Below, one piece after another: positions 23,013 to 34,959 of a stretch of 64,000 nucleotides of DNA. A program made the translations under genes and the position numbers. This stretch comes from a virus. The notes under the pieces were generated by a model. It ran no database searches. It saw only the letters and a program-made list of their open reading frames with translations, and was not told where the DNA came from. Where the stretch lies: IMG/VR virus record IMGVR_UViG_3300046370_000585, positions 6,697-70,696 of that record. One strand, given 5' to 3'. Position 1 is the stretch's first letter; the number at the start of each line of letters is the position of its first letter.

Positions 23013-23540
23013 ATGTACTTCAACTATGCAAAAGTAAATTGGAATAGATTCTCACCTAGCGACATCTATTTCAAAAGTAATATACTCACTAAAGGATTAG
23101 AGGATGAAATCAATATAGTTTCATACAAAAATAAAGGAGACTTTTATCAAGAGTATGATAAAGGAGTTTTTGTAAAACTAAATAATACAAAAGATAATTA
23201 TCCAAATGCAGAGATAAATATATTTGACAGAACTCCATTAAGAAATAGATCAAATCAAAATAGAGTAGCCTACCATGAACATTTTGATAATCTCGTTTAC
23301 CTATATACCACTCACCAACAAGCGATCCATCAGCGAGATGCAAATGGAAATTGGCAAATGACACCTATCGGCAATCCAAAACCAAACGAAGAAGGTTATG
23401 CAATCAACTTTCATAACTTTTCTGCACATGATCCAAGAGTATGCCAAGAGCAAATCGACATCGTTTATGAGGTTCGTAACTTCTTGGCTACTAGGATTTT
23501 AGAGCGAAAACAAAAAAAAGTCTTGACAATGGTTGCCTAG
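23013..23540 (+). CDS. Hypothetical protein
   Basis: 175-aa ORF with an AAGGA Shine-Dalgarno and an upstream GTGTA motif (22985). Confidence 0.65.
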   Translation: MYFNYAKVNWNRFSPSDIYFKSNILTKGLEDEINIVSYKNKGDFYQEYDKGVFVKLNNTKDNYPNAEINIFDRTPLRNRSNQNRVAYHEHFDNLVYLYTTHQQAIHQRDANGNWQMTPIGNPKPNEEGYAINFHNFSAHDPRVCQEQIDIVYEVRNFLATRILERKQKKVLTMVA

Positions 23541-23589
23541 TGTGCCATTATTATGGAATAACAAACGAAAAACCCAAAACAAAAAAATT

Positions 23590-25824
23590 ATGATTATTGC
23601 ACAAGACAAAGCTAAGAGAATAGTTCAATCGCACGACTTTGATGAAGTCAAATGTACTATTGATGCAGAAGATATGCGTTATGTAGCATCGTTGTTGCGA
23701 AACAACTATTCCAAACCTATACTTGCAGTTATTCGTGAGATTACTGCTAACGCACTTGACGCTAACCTAGAAGCAGGAACAAAGAAACGAGCAATCGTAA
23801 AAGTTCCATCTTCTTTCAACCCTGTTTTCTCAGTAAGAGATTTTGGTGGCGGTTTATCGCAAGAAGATGTATTTGGATTATACTCCAAGTACGGCAAGTC
23901 AACCAAGAGAGATTCAAACAATTATATCGGTGCATTTGGTATAGGTAAGTTTGCTCCACTTTCTTACGGAAACAACTTCACTTGCGTATCCTATCATGGT
24001 GGAAAGAAGACTTCATACGATATTTATGTCAATGATGACGATGATACCAAGATTTCTAAGTTGCACGAAGAGCCTAGCAATGAGCCAACAGGCTTATGCG
24101 TAGAGGTTGCAGTTGCAGATAGTGATGTAGACAAGTTCAAAGAAGAGGTTCGTTCTTTCTTCAAGGTCTTTCCAACGGATGAATTGCCCGAATTTAAGGG
24201 TATAGATGAAGAAGAGTTCTTTCCAACTTATGCTAAAGCCCTAGAAGGTAAAGATTGGTTTTTTGTTGAACAAAAGAACGATAGGTACTACGGATATGGG
24301 CATAGTTATGGCAGTCAATCGTATGCAATTATGGGTAGAGTTGCATATCCTTTAGATTCTTCAGCACTCAATTTTGATTGTGAAGATGGAGAGGCATTGC
24401 GTGACCTAGTTCAATCGACAGGATTTTATGTGCAATTCTCTATTGGAGACTTGAAACTCCATCATAGTCGTGAATCACTAGAGTACAACAAACCAACTCA
24501 GAAGAAGATTCTTGAACGCTTGCGTGTTGTCAAGTCTGAAATCGAAGAGATTGCCAAAGAGCGTCTTGAGGGAGCAGAAGATTTATGGGACGCAAAATGC
24601 AAGTATGCACAAGTAATGAACGCAATTCCATATACATTACAAAATGTGTTTAGGAATAGCTTCACATGGCAAGGTACAACAATCAATAGCTTGACCTTTG
24701 ATAGACCTTATGGTATGCACGAAAGCCTTATTATTAAGGAGTATCGCAAAAGAGATGATTCAAATGCTACGGATGGCTACAAAATTCAGACAACAAGTGT
24801 GTCAAGGGTTAATTGTCATGTAGATGCGTTGCTAGTTATTCAAGATGCCCCGAAGTACGGACTATCGCTTAGAGCAAGAACTTTATTTAAGGAGAATTCT
24901 GATGTAGATGTAATCTATTCTGTCGAGACTAAAGACCAAGAAGCAAAAGATTACCTAAATGATACTTGGGAATTTGACTTAATTTTACCTAAAAACAAAG
25001 TTAGCTTTGTAAAAGTCGAAAAAGCAAAACTACAACAAGGCACTAGGTCGAGTGGAGAAAGTCGTGCAAGCGTACCTTTATTTGAGTTCAGCAAGTCTTC
25101 TCGCTATGGCTCAAGAAATGCAGACTATTGGGTTAATGTGGATAAAAAGTTAGATGAACTTGATTTTTCAGACAATAAGAAAAAGGTTTATGTAGCTATT
25201 ACTGCTTACAGACTTACAGACCATAACGATAGCTTAGACCAACTGCATTCAAAAGTAGGTGCAGTTAAGAAGTACAATGAAGACCTCGTTGTGTATGGTG
25301 TTCGCAACAAGGATGTCAAAAAGTTGGACAAAGCAGAGTGGGTAGAGTTTTACGATTACATGAAAGAAATTTCTATCGAATACTGCAAGGAGCATATTGG
25401 AGACATCAAGAAAGCTCGGAAGACTAGAGAGATTCAGAACAATGCACACAAGTCAGATTATTGGACTAATCTAGGAAGCGTTCTAACCAACGACAATTTG
25501 TTCGCAAGCATGGATTTACCTTCTAAACACCCTCTTCTTGAGTTATTTGCTCAGTATAAGGCTTGCAAGAACGCAGATTCAACAACTTCTTGCAACGGAT
25601 TATTGCTTTCAGTTGCAGAAAAACATCACAAGGAAAAGATTGACAAGATTGCACCAATTAAGTACACTTGGGAAATGCTTGACGCTGATTGCAAAGAAAT
25701 TTGCGTTAAGTACCCCTTGTTGGTCAATATCTCAAATCAGATCTCTTACTATACAAACATGAACAATGACGATTTCGGAAAGAATATTTCTGACTTCATC
25801 AAATTAGTCGATAAAAATGCTTGA
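23590..25824 (+). CDS. rIIA: rIIA-like protein (N-terminal GHKL/HATPase domain)
   Basis: YS.PILAVIREITANALDA, VRDFGGGLS, YGKSTKRDSN..IGAFGIGK and SRESLEY; adjacent to an rIIB-like gene. Probable start is MIIAQDK. Confidence 0.85.
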   Translation: MIIAQDKAKRIVQSHDFDEVKCTIDAEDMRYVASLLRNNYSKPILAVIREITANALDANLEAGTKKRAIVKVPSSFNPVFSVRDFGGGLSQEDVFGLYSKYGKSTKRDSNNYIGAFGIGKFAPLSYGNNFTCVSYHGGKKTSYDIYVNDDDDTKISKLHEEPSNEPTGLCVEVAVADSDVDKFKEEVRSFFKVFPTDELPEFKGIDEEEFFPTYAKALEGKDWFFVEQKNDRYYGYGHSYGSQSYAIMGRVAYPLDSSALNFDCEDGEALRDLVQSTGFYVQFSIGDLKLHHSRESLEYNKPTQKKILERLRVVKSEIEEIAKERLEGAEDLWDAKCKYAQVMNAIPYTLQNVFRNSFTWQGTTINSLTFDRPYGMHESLIIKEYRKRDDSNATDGYKIQTTSVSRVNCHVDALLVIQDAPKYGLSLRARTLFKENSDVDVIYSVETKDQEAKDYLNDTWEFDLILPKNKVSFVKVEKAKLQQGTRSSGESRASVPLFEFSKSSRYGSRNADYWVNVDKKLDELDFSDNKKKVYVAITAYRLTDHNDSLDQLHSKVGAVKKYNEDLVVYGVRNKDVKKLDKAEWVEFYDYMKEISIEYCKEHIGDIKKARKTREIQNNAHKSDYWTNLGSVLTNDNLFASMDLPSKHPLLELFAQYKACKNADSTTSCNGLLLSVAEKHHKEKIDKIAPIKYTWEMLDADCKEICVKYPLLVNISNQISYYTNMNNDDFGKNISDFIKLVDKNA

Positions 25825-25893
25825 CATTTCACGGAATATAAACGATAATATACGAATACTAAATTGAAAAACAAACTAGAAGGATTGAAAAAA

Positions 25894-26952
25894 ATGAATA
25901 GAGTACCATATAACATGAGCGAAGATTCCATCACCATCTTTTGGGAAGGAAAGCCTTATACAATAAGAAAAGATAACGCAAATTTTAGTGCAGTAAAGCA
26001 AGCTCTACTAGATGCTCGTTATGATGATGTTGGTGGACTATTAGACATCAAGAAGGCAGTCGAAGATTTCGTAGAAGGAGACATCGAAGTGCGTGATGAA
26101 GTAGTTTACTACAAAGGACATCGTTTGCATGGTGTTGTTGTGGATAAGTTGCTAGAGATGCTCAGAGCAGGATTGAAGGACTCTGCACCTCTCACTAACT
26201 TTATTTCTCGTTTGCAAGCAAATCCAAGTGCAAATTCGGTCAATGAGCTTTATTCGTTCTTGAGCTATAAGTCTCTTTCAACTACTCCCGAAGGCAAGGT
26301 CTTAGGATACAAAGGTGTTCAATCAGACTATTGGAGTACCACAGGTAATGCAGACACAATCGTAATTCAAGGGAAAACAAACGAGCGTCATCAGATTCTT
26401 AATGAAGTAGGCTCAACGATTGAGGTTGCTCGTAGATGTGTAGATGACAACAAGGATAATCATTGTTCTTTTGGTCTTCATGTTGGCTCATACGATTATG
26501 CAAATAGTTGGGCAGGAGCAGATGGGCGACTTCTTGTTGTCGAGTTTGACCCCGAAGATGCAGTATCAGTTCCAACGGATTGTAATTTTCAGAAGCTAAG
26601 AGTCTCTAAGTACAGAGTAGTATCTGACATCTCAGACACTAGGAAAGAGCTAAATAAGCCTGTCTACGAGGCTAATAAGCCTATCTACGGATCGAATAAT
26701 GATTCAGATGATTTTGTAGAAGATTATGATAAAGAGGAGTCAGATTGGGAAGAGGATAGTGTTCGCCTTATGATACGGAATTATATCGAAAATCGTTTAG
26801 ATGAAGGAGTAAATCCAACCTTGAAGCAAGTGCAAAGCAGAATGAAAGGAGAGTCTCTGTCTTGCAAACGCATCTGTTCTATTGCAGAGGATTTGGGTTA
26901 TAATGTATCAGATGACGAAGAAATTCCTTTCTCTCAACAAAAAATTTACTAA
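25894..26952 (+). CDS. rIIB: rIIB-like protein
   Basis: NPS..SVNELYSFL, TPEGKVLGYKGV, CSFGLHV and DPEDAVSVPTD...KLRVSKY. Confidence 0.85.
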   Translation: MNRVPYNMSEDSITIFWEGKPYTIRKDNANFSAVKQALLDARYDDVGGLLDIKKAVEDFVEGDIEVRDEVVYYKGHRLHGVVVDKLLEMLRAGLKDSAPLTNFISRLQANPSANSVNELYSFLSYKSLSTTPEGKVLGYKGVQSDYWSTTGNADTIVIQGKTNERHQILNEVGSTIEVARRCVDDNKDNHCSFGLHVGSYDYANSWAGADGRLLVVEFDPEDAVSVPTDCNFQKLRVSKYRVVSDISDTRKELNKPVYEANKPIYGSNNDSDDFVEDYDKEESDWEEDSVRLMIRNYIENRLDEGVNPTLKQVQSRMKGESLSCKRICSIAEDLGYNVSDDEEIPFSQQKIY

Positions 26953-27660
26953 TTAGAAAGAAAAAAAAATTATGGAAAATGTAAAACAAACAACTCTAGT
27001 AGGAGAGTCACTACTAAGTGCAAGCAATGCTCAAGTAGATGCAATTTGGGCAATACTAAAATATCGAGAAATCGGAATTTACAGAAAATTGGCTTCAATC
27101 AGCGAAGTATTGAACTTAAATTTTGATGAAGTTGTAATGGATTTTCCTTCGGATGAAGAGGGGAGAATCCTAGACCACAAGACGAGGCACATAATTCATG
27201 ATGCACTAATAACTCTTAAATGAACAATTTGGCAAATCGGTATGGAGCAAGATTGGGGTTTCTTGCTTTATCCCTTTTTGCTTTTTTTATAGGTTGGTTG
27301 TCCATATCATTCATTTTTATTGCTTGTGCGATACTCGGTTATTTTAGAGTTTGTGGCATAATGAGAAATGCTTGGTGTGGAATCCTTCCTTATAAATTAT
27401 GGAGCGAAGAAAAACCACAAGATTATTTATCTTACAAAAATCATTTATTTCTCAGACTTAAATCGAGTTTAAGATTTCTTCTGTTTAGAGAGACAATGGC
27501 AGATATTTCGTTACAAGATTCTTTTCAAGTTAGTTTTTCAGATTATTTTGGATCGGAGAAATGTGGTCAATATGAAGAGAAACCAAATCAATCAGAAGAT
27601 GAATATTCTTATCTTTATGGTTCTTGGAAAGAAAGTAATCCAAACGCATGGAAAGAATAA

Positions 27661-28520
27661 GTAAATAGAATTTTCTACTCATTATTCATTCATAGAAAAT
27701 TATTTTATACTTTGTAATTAGAAATAAATCAAAATATAATTCAAAACAAATTCTTTTTTTATTAGAAAATATTAGATTCCTGTTCAAATCTTATAATTTC
27801 AAATAGTTTTACGCTTACCTTTGATATTACAAATAAGACAATAAACAATATAACATATAATAAGTATAAATATATAGGTAATATAACAGAGAATATATAA
27901 ATCAATAATTAAGATAAAGTATTGTTTACAATCTCCACGAACTTTCTCTTTCAATTAAGTCCCACGCAATTTCATTCAAAATTATATATTATTATATTTA
28001 GCTTTTATTTTTATATTCTCTTATATTGTAATTGATTTATAGTCCACGAAATAAATAATAATAGAATTGAAACAAATAAACACAAAATAATTATATGAAA
28101 AAATTTATAAAATTCGGCAAGAGCTTAATAGCTAGGGTTTTTACCAAAACTCAAAATCAAAATAATGCAAAGCCAAATAAACAAGTCTGTTGTCAAGAGA
28201 GAAACGATCACGGCTTCCCATGTATCTGTTCTGAGAGCCAAGATAAAAAGAAATAAAGTGTCGATCAAATAAACACTTATCAAATATATGTCGATATAAT
28301 ATAAAAATATAAACATATAACTCGCAAATAATTATAAACAAAAATAAATCAAATAATATATGAGTTGGGAATTCTGCTTAATCTGTTCAATACTTTGCCT
28401 CGTTGTCTTAGAAGTAATCTTCAATTAAGGCACTTAATTTTACGCAAATTTTTGTGCGATTTCGCCAAATAACAATATAATTCGAACGAGCAGAGATTTT
28501 TTCTTAAATTTTTTTCGATT
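27661..28520. other. Long, very AT-rich, apparently non-coding interval
   Basis: About 850 bp with no credible ORF in an otherwise gene-dense genome. Confidence 0.6.
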
Positions 28521-30746
28521 TTGATTGACTTTGAAAGCCCTATCTGCCAATATAGTACCATGAACAATAAAGAAATGCTCAAGCAAAACATAGTTGATAA
28601 GCGTCTAACGCTCGCAACTCTCATGTATAACGCATCATCAAAGATGAACGAAGAAGAGATCGAGGAGATGAAATCAGATTGTCAAAGACTACATCTGTTT
28701 GCAATGAATGGAGATTTGCAAGGAGCATTGGAAGGAACGGAAAAACTTATAAAACAAATTCAAAATAAAACAAATAATGAATAAAGAGTTTTGGAGCAAC
28801 ATGAAGAATGTGTCAAATATAATGGCAGACCTTGAGGCAGAGCATGAAAGGTTTTTTAGTAACGAAGAAGAATTACAACTTCTTAATTATAAAAAGAATT
28901 TTGTAGATTCAATTTTATTTTGGTCTGAGTCTAAAGAGATGAATGAAGAAGAAAAGATGAATAGAATTAGATGGGAGTATAATAATATGTTTGATTTGTT
29001 ATGTAAAATTATTGATAAAAATGTAGAAGAATGGGACAATAATACAAATAATAATAAAAATGACGACTACGACTTCTAAGACAACAAATAAACACTCCAA
29101 AAGCCTAGAAACCTTAATAAGAAATAATATTTGGGAATATCATGTATGGAATTGGAAAGGAAAAGATAAATTACGAATCTTAAATTTGTCTAGCTCAGAT
29201 AAAGATGTAGAATTTTTAAGAGAGCAAGGATATGAAAAAATAAATACGATTGATCCAAATAATATAACAAATCTTGATAATGAACGAGAATACCATGTTG
29301 CTATATCCATTTACCCCAACGATCAAATAAAGAACTACGAAGATAGAGAAGACTATATGTACGAAATGTATGAAAGAATACATCTTAATGGGGCAATTTT
29401 TATATGTGTTTCAAATAAAAGTGGAATAGAACTAGATTGTAATATAATTGAAGAGAATAGAAGTTATACTTGGTATGTAACTTGATAAAATTTTTCATAA
29501 AATTATTGCGAGAAAAACTTCTTAAATTTTTTAGTTGACAACAACCCTCATATTTGAGATACTATAACCATATGACGAGCGAATCAGACAAATCAATCTT
29601 ACGAGAGATCGCTAAACTTCACAAGAAAATTGATTATCTTACAGACGAAGTTATGTCAAGACTAGATCAATTACCTAAAGAGGAAGAGGAAGCTCAAAAA
29701 GATTTTCCATTTGCACCTAACCCACAAGGGATCAAAGAAATCAAAATCAAACGAAAGGAATAAAAATGAGTATTGCGAAAAATGCTAGAACAAGTCAAAT
29801 CATGCGTAACATCGAAAGCGGACATTATGTAGGAAACAAGCGTTTCCAAGGGTATGGCACTTTACCCGAAGATATTCCATCTTGGGATTATCGAGCAAGA
29901 AGGCATGGTCAGGTATTAGCGAAGCTAGAGAGAGACGCTCAACGCAAAATTCGTAAAAACAAATAGCTTGACACATCGCGTGTCTTGCCATAGTATTGTC
30001 TTATGAATACAGCAGAAGCCTTTTTACAAGATATTGAGCTTTCCATCAAGCAAGTAGAGAAAGAAGCAAACTCTCAACCTCGCAAGGGCATGATGGTTTA
30101 CTTAGATAAATCCACACCAATTATGGTGCAGTACGCCAACGAAAGCTCATTCAACAAAGCAAAAGCAGTTTCGTCTCGGAAGGGACAACAATCTTGTCTT
30201 AGAAATGTAATTGATAACGGAGGAAAGATGCAATGAGTGAATCGTATGTAGAGTTTGATAAGTTGGCATGGATTAGCGATAAGCCAATTCCTGTTAGAGG
30301 CACGGAAGTAAATGTTCGGATCAATGGTATCGGACGCTCAGTAGTACAGAAGTATTTTGTTGAGCATAACATCATTGGTCTAATTGTAAAGCCTTATGAT
30401 CCGCCAGCTTGGTACATCAAGCAGAATGGAGCAGATGCAGTATGCCATGTGTTTCCAGCAGAAACCGAAGAGCTTAAGGTTGTCACTGAGGAAGGTAAGC
30501 CTAATAAACAATTTTATGAAGCAAGCCATGATTCACTCAGAGATGATTACCCCTTTGGTACAATTACACAAGGAGATAAAAAATTGATGGAGATGATGGA
30601 TAATAATCAGTAGTAAAATAAAGGAGAAAGGATAAAAATTCATTTAGCTTAATATAATACAAATACATATAAAATAAAAACTCGAATAGAGTAAATATAA
30701 AATAATAAAAGCGATTCGTAACTTCTTGCGGTGGAGGGAGTTGCGG

Positions 30747-30763
30747 AAATCGCCCGCCGATTT
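30747..30763 (+). repeat. Palindromic intergenic element, copy 1 (core only)
   Basis: AAATCGCCCGCCGATTT. Confidence 0.9.
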
Positions 30764-31307
30764 TTAAAAGTTGTCAAGCATAAAATTCATAAAGTTTTTT
30801 TAGTTTTACAAAAAAAAGTGTTGACTCCATGCTAAAAACTGTCATACTAGGTACTATGACATACGCACAAGAACAACTAGAATATCTCGAATGGAAAAAT
30901 CAGTTCGAGAAAGAAAAACGATATCACCCATGCGACATTAAGGAAGGAGTCTATGCTTTAGTAGATGATGATAGTCCTAGTGAATCGCCAATGTATTTTC
31001 TCACATTGGAAGGGGCATCAACTTATGCAAAGGGAAGTTACCCTTACTCAAATGGCAATTGGTCAGTATATAGAATAGGAAACAAAGTATTATGACAATG
31101 ATTACAGGAAAAGAACAAATTGATGCTTTTAGGGCAAGAGTATTGCTTAGAGGCTTGAAACTAGAAACGCTTGGTATGACAAGGCGAGGACAATCTTGCT
31201 ATGCAATCATCAAACAAGAATACGGATTGAAAGGCAGTAAGAAAAAAGTTTACGAAGAATTCAAAAAGATGCTTGACATATAGCAGAAAATTTGAGACAA
31301 TACTATT

Positions 31308-32513
31308 ATGCAGAAACTTGAAAAGCTATACAAAATTGACTCTCTAGGTAAACTACGAGAGTGGACTATGGTTATTGACAAAGATTCATTCTATGCCGAA
31401 AAAGGCTTAGTTGGAGGTAAAATCGTATGCGATAAACCTACAACTGCAATCGGCAAGAACGAAGGCAAGATCAATGAAACTACTAACGAAGAGCAAGCAT
31501 TGCTTGAAGCTCAAGCAAGATGGGACAAAAAACTCAAAGAAGGATATGCGTTGACTCCAAAAGATGCAGAAACAATGAGTTATTATGAACCTATGCTTGC
31601 ACAAAAGTTTGAGGATAGAGAGAAGGAAATTCAAGCTATATTCAATGACGAGTTGCGAGTTCTTTCTCAACCAAAGCTAGATGGCATCCGTTGTATAATT
31701 CGCATGGAAGATGGAGAGGTAGTTGCTCGTACTCGCAAAGGTAGAACTATCGACACAATTCCTCATGTGATTGAGGAACTGAGCGTCTTCTTTGATTGTA
31801 ACAAGAATGCCATACTCGATGGCGAGTTGTATAACCACGACTTGAAGCACGACTTCAACAAGATTGTTTCTCTTGTACGCAAAAAGACTCCCGAAATGAC
31901 CAAAGGTGATTCGGAAAAAAGTTTTGCAAGAAAACAAGCAAAGTATGAAGAGGCATTAGCAGAGTCAAAAAACTTGATTCAGTATTGGGTTTATGATTGT
32001 CCAAGGTTGTCAGATGAATACGATGAGTCAATGATATTTTCGTCTAGGAACTTTATGTTGCAAGGAGAGTTCGCTGATGTTGTGGATGGGAATTCCGTCA
32101 AACTTGTGGAAACAAGCGAGTGTTATTCTTTCTTGTCTCTCGATCAAGCATATTCTTCCTTTATGGAAAAAGGTTACGAAGGACAAATGATTCGCATTGA
32201 CTCTCCATACGAAAGCAAGCGTTCAAAGTCCTTACTCAAGCGTAAAGAGTTTCAAGATGCAGAATACAAGGTAATTGATATTGAGGAAGGTAATGGCAAT
32301 CGTAATGGTACTGCAAAGCATTTAGTATGCTATTGCGATAAAACCGACCAAACTTTCAATTCTAATGTCAAAGGTAACTTTGACTACCTTGCAGAGATTC
32401 TTGACAACAAAGATGATTACATTGGCAAATTAGCTACAATCAAGTTCTTTGAGCTAACTCCTGATGGAGTGCCACGCTTTCCATATGCAATAGCATTTCG
32501 AGATTACGAATAA
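31308..32513 (+). CDS. ATP-dependent DNA ligase
   Basis: PMLA, motif I SQPKLDGIRC, ILDGELY, YWVYD, GYEGQMIR, LLKRK and PRFP. Confidence 0.92.
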   Translation: MQKLEKLYKIDSLGKLREWTMVIDKDSFYAEKGLVGGKIVCDKPTTAIGKNEGKINETTNEEQALLEAQARWDKKLKEGYALTPKDAETMSYYEPMLAQKFEDREKEIQAIFNDELRVLSQPKLDGIRCIIRMEDGEVVARTRKGRTIDTIPHVIEELSVFFDCNKNAILDGELYNHDLKHDFNKIVSLVRKKTPEMTKGDSEKSFARKQAKYEEALAESKNLIQYWVYDCPRLSDEYDESMIFSSRNFMLQGEFADVVDGNSVKLVETSECYSFLSLDQAYSSFMEKGYEGQMIRIDSPYESKRSKSLLKRKEFQDAEYKVIDIEEGNGNRNGTAKHLVCYCDKTDQTFNSNVKGNFDYLAEILDNKDDYIGKLATIKFFELTPDGVPRFPYAIAFRDYE

Positions 32514-32524
32514 ACCACTAACCA

Positions 32525-33121
32525 TTGCGAAAAATGATTGATCCAAAAAAAGTAACAAACTATAACAGAACCAAATCCGAATTACAAGAATTTCTTTTAT
32601 TTTGTATTTGTGTGGCGGGCAAGAAAAGCAGAATAGAAGCACCAAAGCTTGATAGATTTTTGAGTTCACTTAAGCGTAGATTCAATGTAGAGGAACCTTT
32701 TGCCCTAATCCAATTGGCAAAAGAAGACGGAAGTCTTTGGGATGAAATGCAAGAGCATAGAATTGCTCCCTATTCGCAGAGATATAATAGCTTTATCGAT
32801 GTGATCACTAAACTTGATGGCAACAACTTAGATAAGTCTACATTAGATGAATTACAGTCTGTTAGGGGTATTAGCACAAAAACTAGCAGATTCTTCTTAA
32901 CGCATTCTGTAGAAAAATTCGATGATCCAATCTTAGATACTCATATTCTCAGATTCTTAAGCGACTTTGGTTACAGAGATGTACCCAAATCAACTCCTCA
33001 AAATCCAAAAGTATATGAAAGATTTTCAAGGTTATTTCGAAGTATTGCTAGATTCGAAGGTAAGAGTGTGGCAGATTTTGATCTAGAAGTTTGGACAAAG
33101 TATTCTTACGGAAACGCTTGA
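32525..33121 (+). CDS. HhH-GPD/Ogg-like DNA glycosylase-fold protein 1
   Basis: LQSVRGISTKTSRFFL...PILDTHILRFL and DFDLEVW. Confidence 0.7.
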   Translation: MRKMIDPKKVTNYNRTKSELQEFLLFCICVAGKKSRIEAPKLDRFLSSLKRRFNVEEPFALIQLAKEDGSLWDEMQEHRIAPYSQRYNSFIDVITKLDGNNLDKSTLDELQSVRGISTKTSRFFLTHSVEKFDDPILDTHILRFLSDFGYRDVPKSTPQNPKVYERFSRLFRSIARFEGKSVADFDLEVWTKYSYGNA

Positions 33122-33153
33122 CATAAAACACCAACTCCATTATATTATATATT

Positions 33154-33888
33154 ATGATTACAAAAACTATTGCTAAAAAACAAAACAAAAACGAGAGAGT
33201 AGATCGCCACATAGATATTATTAGCTCATCCAACAGATATGCCAAAGTTGATAACTTCTTTGCTAAACTAAATTCTTCTGTTGTGGATAAAGAAACTAAG
33301 TATTGGGAAGAGCTTACGATTCGTGACGATGCTGAATATTTTGATCGTTGGATATTTGCCATAATGAGCGTACATACTACATGGGAGAGTAATGTAAGAG
33401 GCTACAACGATGCAATGAGTGACTTATCATGGACAATCTCAAAGCCTAGACTAGAGAAGATGATTACTGATGCAAGAGTAGGAATCAATCATAGAAGAAA
33501 CAAAGGTCTTTGGCAACTTGTTCAAAAGTTTCGCTCGAACCCTAAACAATTTCATAAGAAAAAGAATGAAACTTGGCAAGAGTGCCGTAATCGTCTTGTA
33601 GGTAGTATTTATGGGTTAGGTCTTGCGAAGACTACATATGCTATTGCACTTGGATTTCCAACAGAAGCAAAACTCTGTTGCTTAGATGTTCATTTGCTTC
33701 GTTTTATGGGTCATAATGTAAAGAAAGGTCATGCAAGTTCTCAAAAAGTTTATGAGGAAATGGAAAACGAATGGTTAGAGCGTTGTGAGCGTTATGATGT
33801 TTCGCCAAATGTTGCAAGAGAAATTTATTGGAACAAGGTGCAAAATCGTAGAAATTCTCGCTATTGGAGTTACTGCTTAGAAAGGTAA
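33154..33888 (+). CDS. HhH-GPD/Ogg-like DNA glycosylase-fold protein 2
   Basis: RNRLVGSIYGLGLAKTTYAI...CCLDVHLLRFMG and YEEME. Confidence 0.65.
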   Translation: MITKTIAKKQNKNERVDRHIDIISSSNRYAKVDNFFAKLNSSVVDKETKYWEELTIRDDAEYFDRWIFAIMSVHTTWESNVRGYNDAMSDLSWTISKPRLEKMITDARVGINHRRNKGLWQLVQKFRSNPKQFHKKKNETWQECRNRLVGSIYGLGLAKTTYAIALGFPTEAKLCCLDVHLLRFMGHNVKKGHASSQKVYEEMENEWLERCERYDVSPNVAREIYWNKVQNRRNSRYWSYCLER

Positions 33889-34411
33889 AGTTATGGAAAC
33901 ACAAACAAATTTGAATAAACTTATGTTGGATGACGAGGCAATCTATTATCAAGAATACGATTCCGCAATCATTGGCGTAGACTCAAAAGGTAGGGTAGTT
34001 TACGATATCGACAAATGCGTAGAAATTCTTGTTGATGGAGGAATGGAATACGAGGAAGCTTGCGAATATTTTTGGTTCAATACGGAGGGTGCATATCATG
34101 GAGAAATGACTCCATTGTTTATATCTAGCATTGATAAAGTGTAATGGAAGCTTTAGTTATGCTAATTTTTTATTCTGTATGTATTTTTTTACTTTACCAA
34201 AGATTGTCATAGAATAAGTATGACAGAAGTTGAAATCCGTGAATATTTTGAGTCCATAAAATGGTTTGATGCAAAATTTGATAAAGGGGAGGACATACAA
34301 GTTATTATTCAAGATATGTGGCAAGCTTACCCAGCAGCTACCATGCATTTGCTAAAGGAGGGATTTTTTATGGCGCTTGCCTTAAGAAACTGATAAACAG
34401 CGACTTAGGGC

Positions 34412-34435
34412 AAATCGCCCGCCGATTTCGTGCCA
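34412..34435 (+). repeat. Palindromic intergenic element, copy 2
   Basis: AAATCGCCCGCCGATTTCGTGCCA. Confidence 0.92.
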
Positions 34436-34491
34436 TTTTTTTTCTAAGAAAAACCTTGACTTTACGAAGAAATCTGTCAAACTAATATATT

Positions 34492-34959
34492 ATGAAAAGA
34501 ACACACGATTGCGAAAAGTACGATATTGATTTCTCTAGAAAAGTTTTTGTTTACAAGAATCTTCATAAAGGTTGTTGGAGTATAAAACAAGATGGGCTTG
34601 TGAAGGCTCATTCTGATGGTTCTCCCATAACTTTGTATTTTACACAAATGAAAGTGAATCGCAAAGGTAGAGAGCGAGTGCTTAGAGAAAAGCGTAAGAA
34701 TGTTCATGCAGGTGTTGAGGGCTACCTTTCTCACGAAGATAGTCATGTTTGGCATGGTTGGGTAGACATGGTGGAAATTTCTTATAATCCATATAAGTAC
34801 CCTTCATTTTACGATGTGGAAACCAAGAAGTCAAGGTGGTATGCAGATCTATGCAAACTTTATCAAGATAAGGTTCTCGTTGAACGCGTGGTGCGTGGCA
34901 TCCCATTTTTTCATAACCCTGTTTACAATGAAGCTGAAAATTGCTTGACACAAGCGTAA
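34492..34959 (+). CDS. Phage hypothetical protein
   Basis: VFVYKNLHKGCWSI...GRERVLREKRKNVHA...YNPYK. TTGACT lies 36 nt before the ATG. Confidence 0.7.
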   Translation: MKRTHDCEKYDIDFSRKVFVYKNLHKGCWSIKQDGLVKAHSDGSPITLYFTQMKVNRKGRERVLREKRKNVHAGVEGYLSHEDSHVWHGWVDMVEISYNPYKYPSFYDVETKKSRWYADLCKLYQDKVLVERVVRGIPFFHNPVYNEAENCLTQA

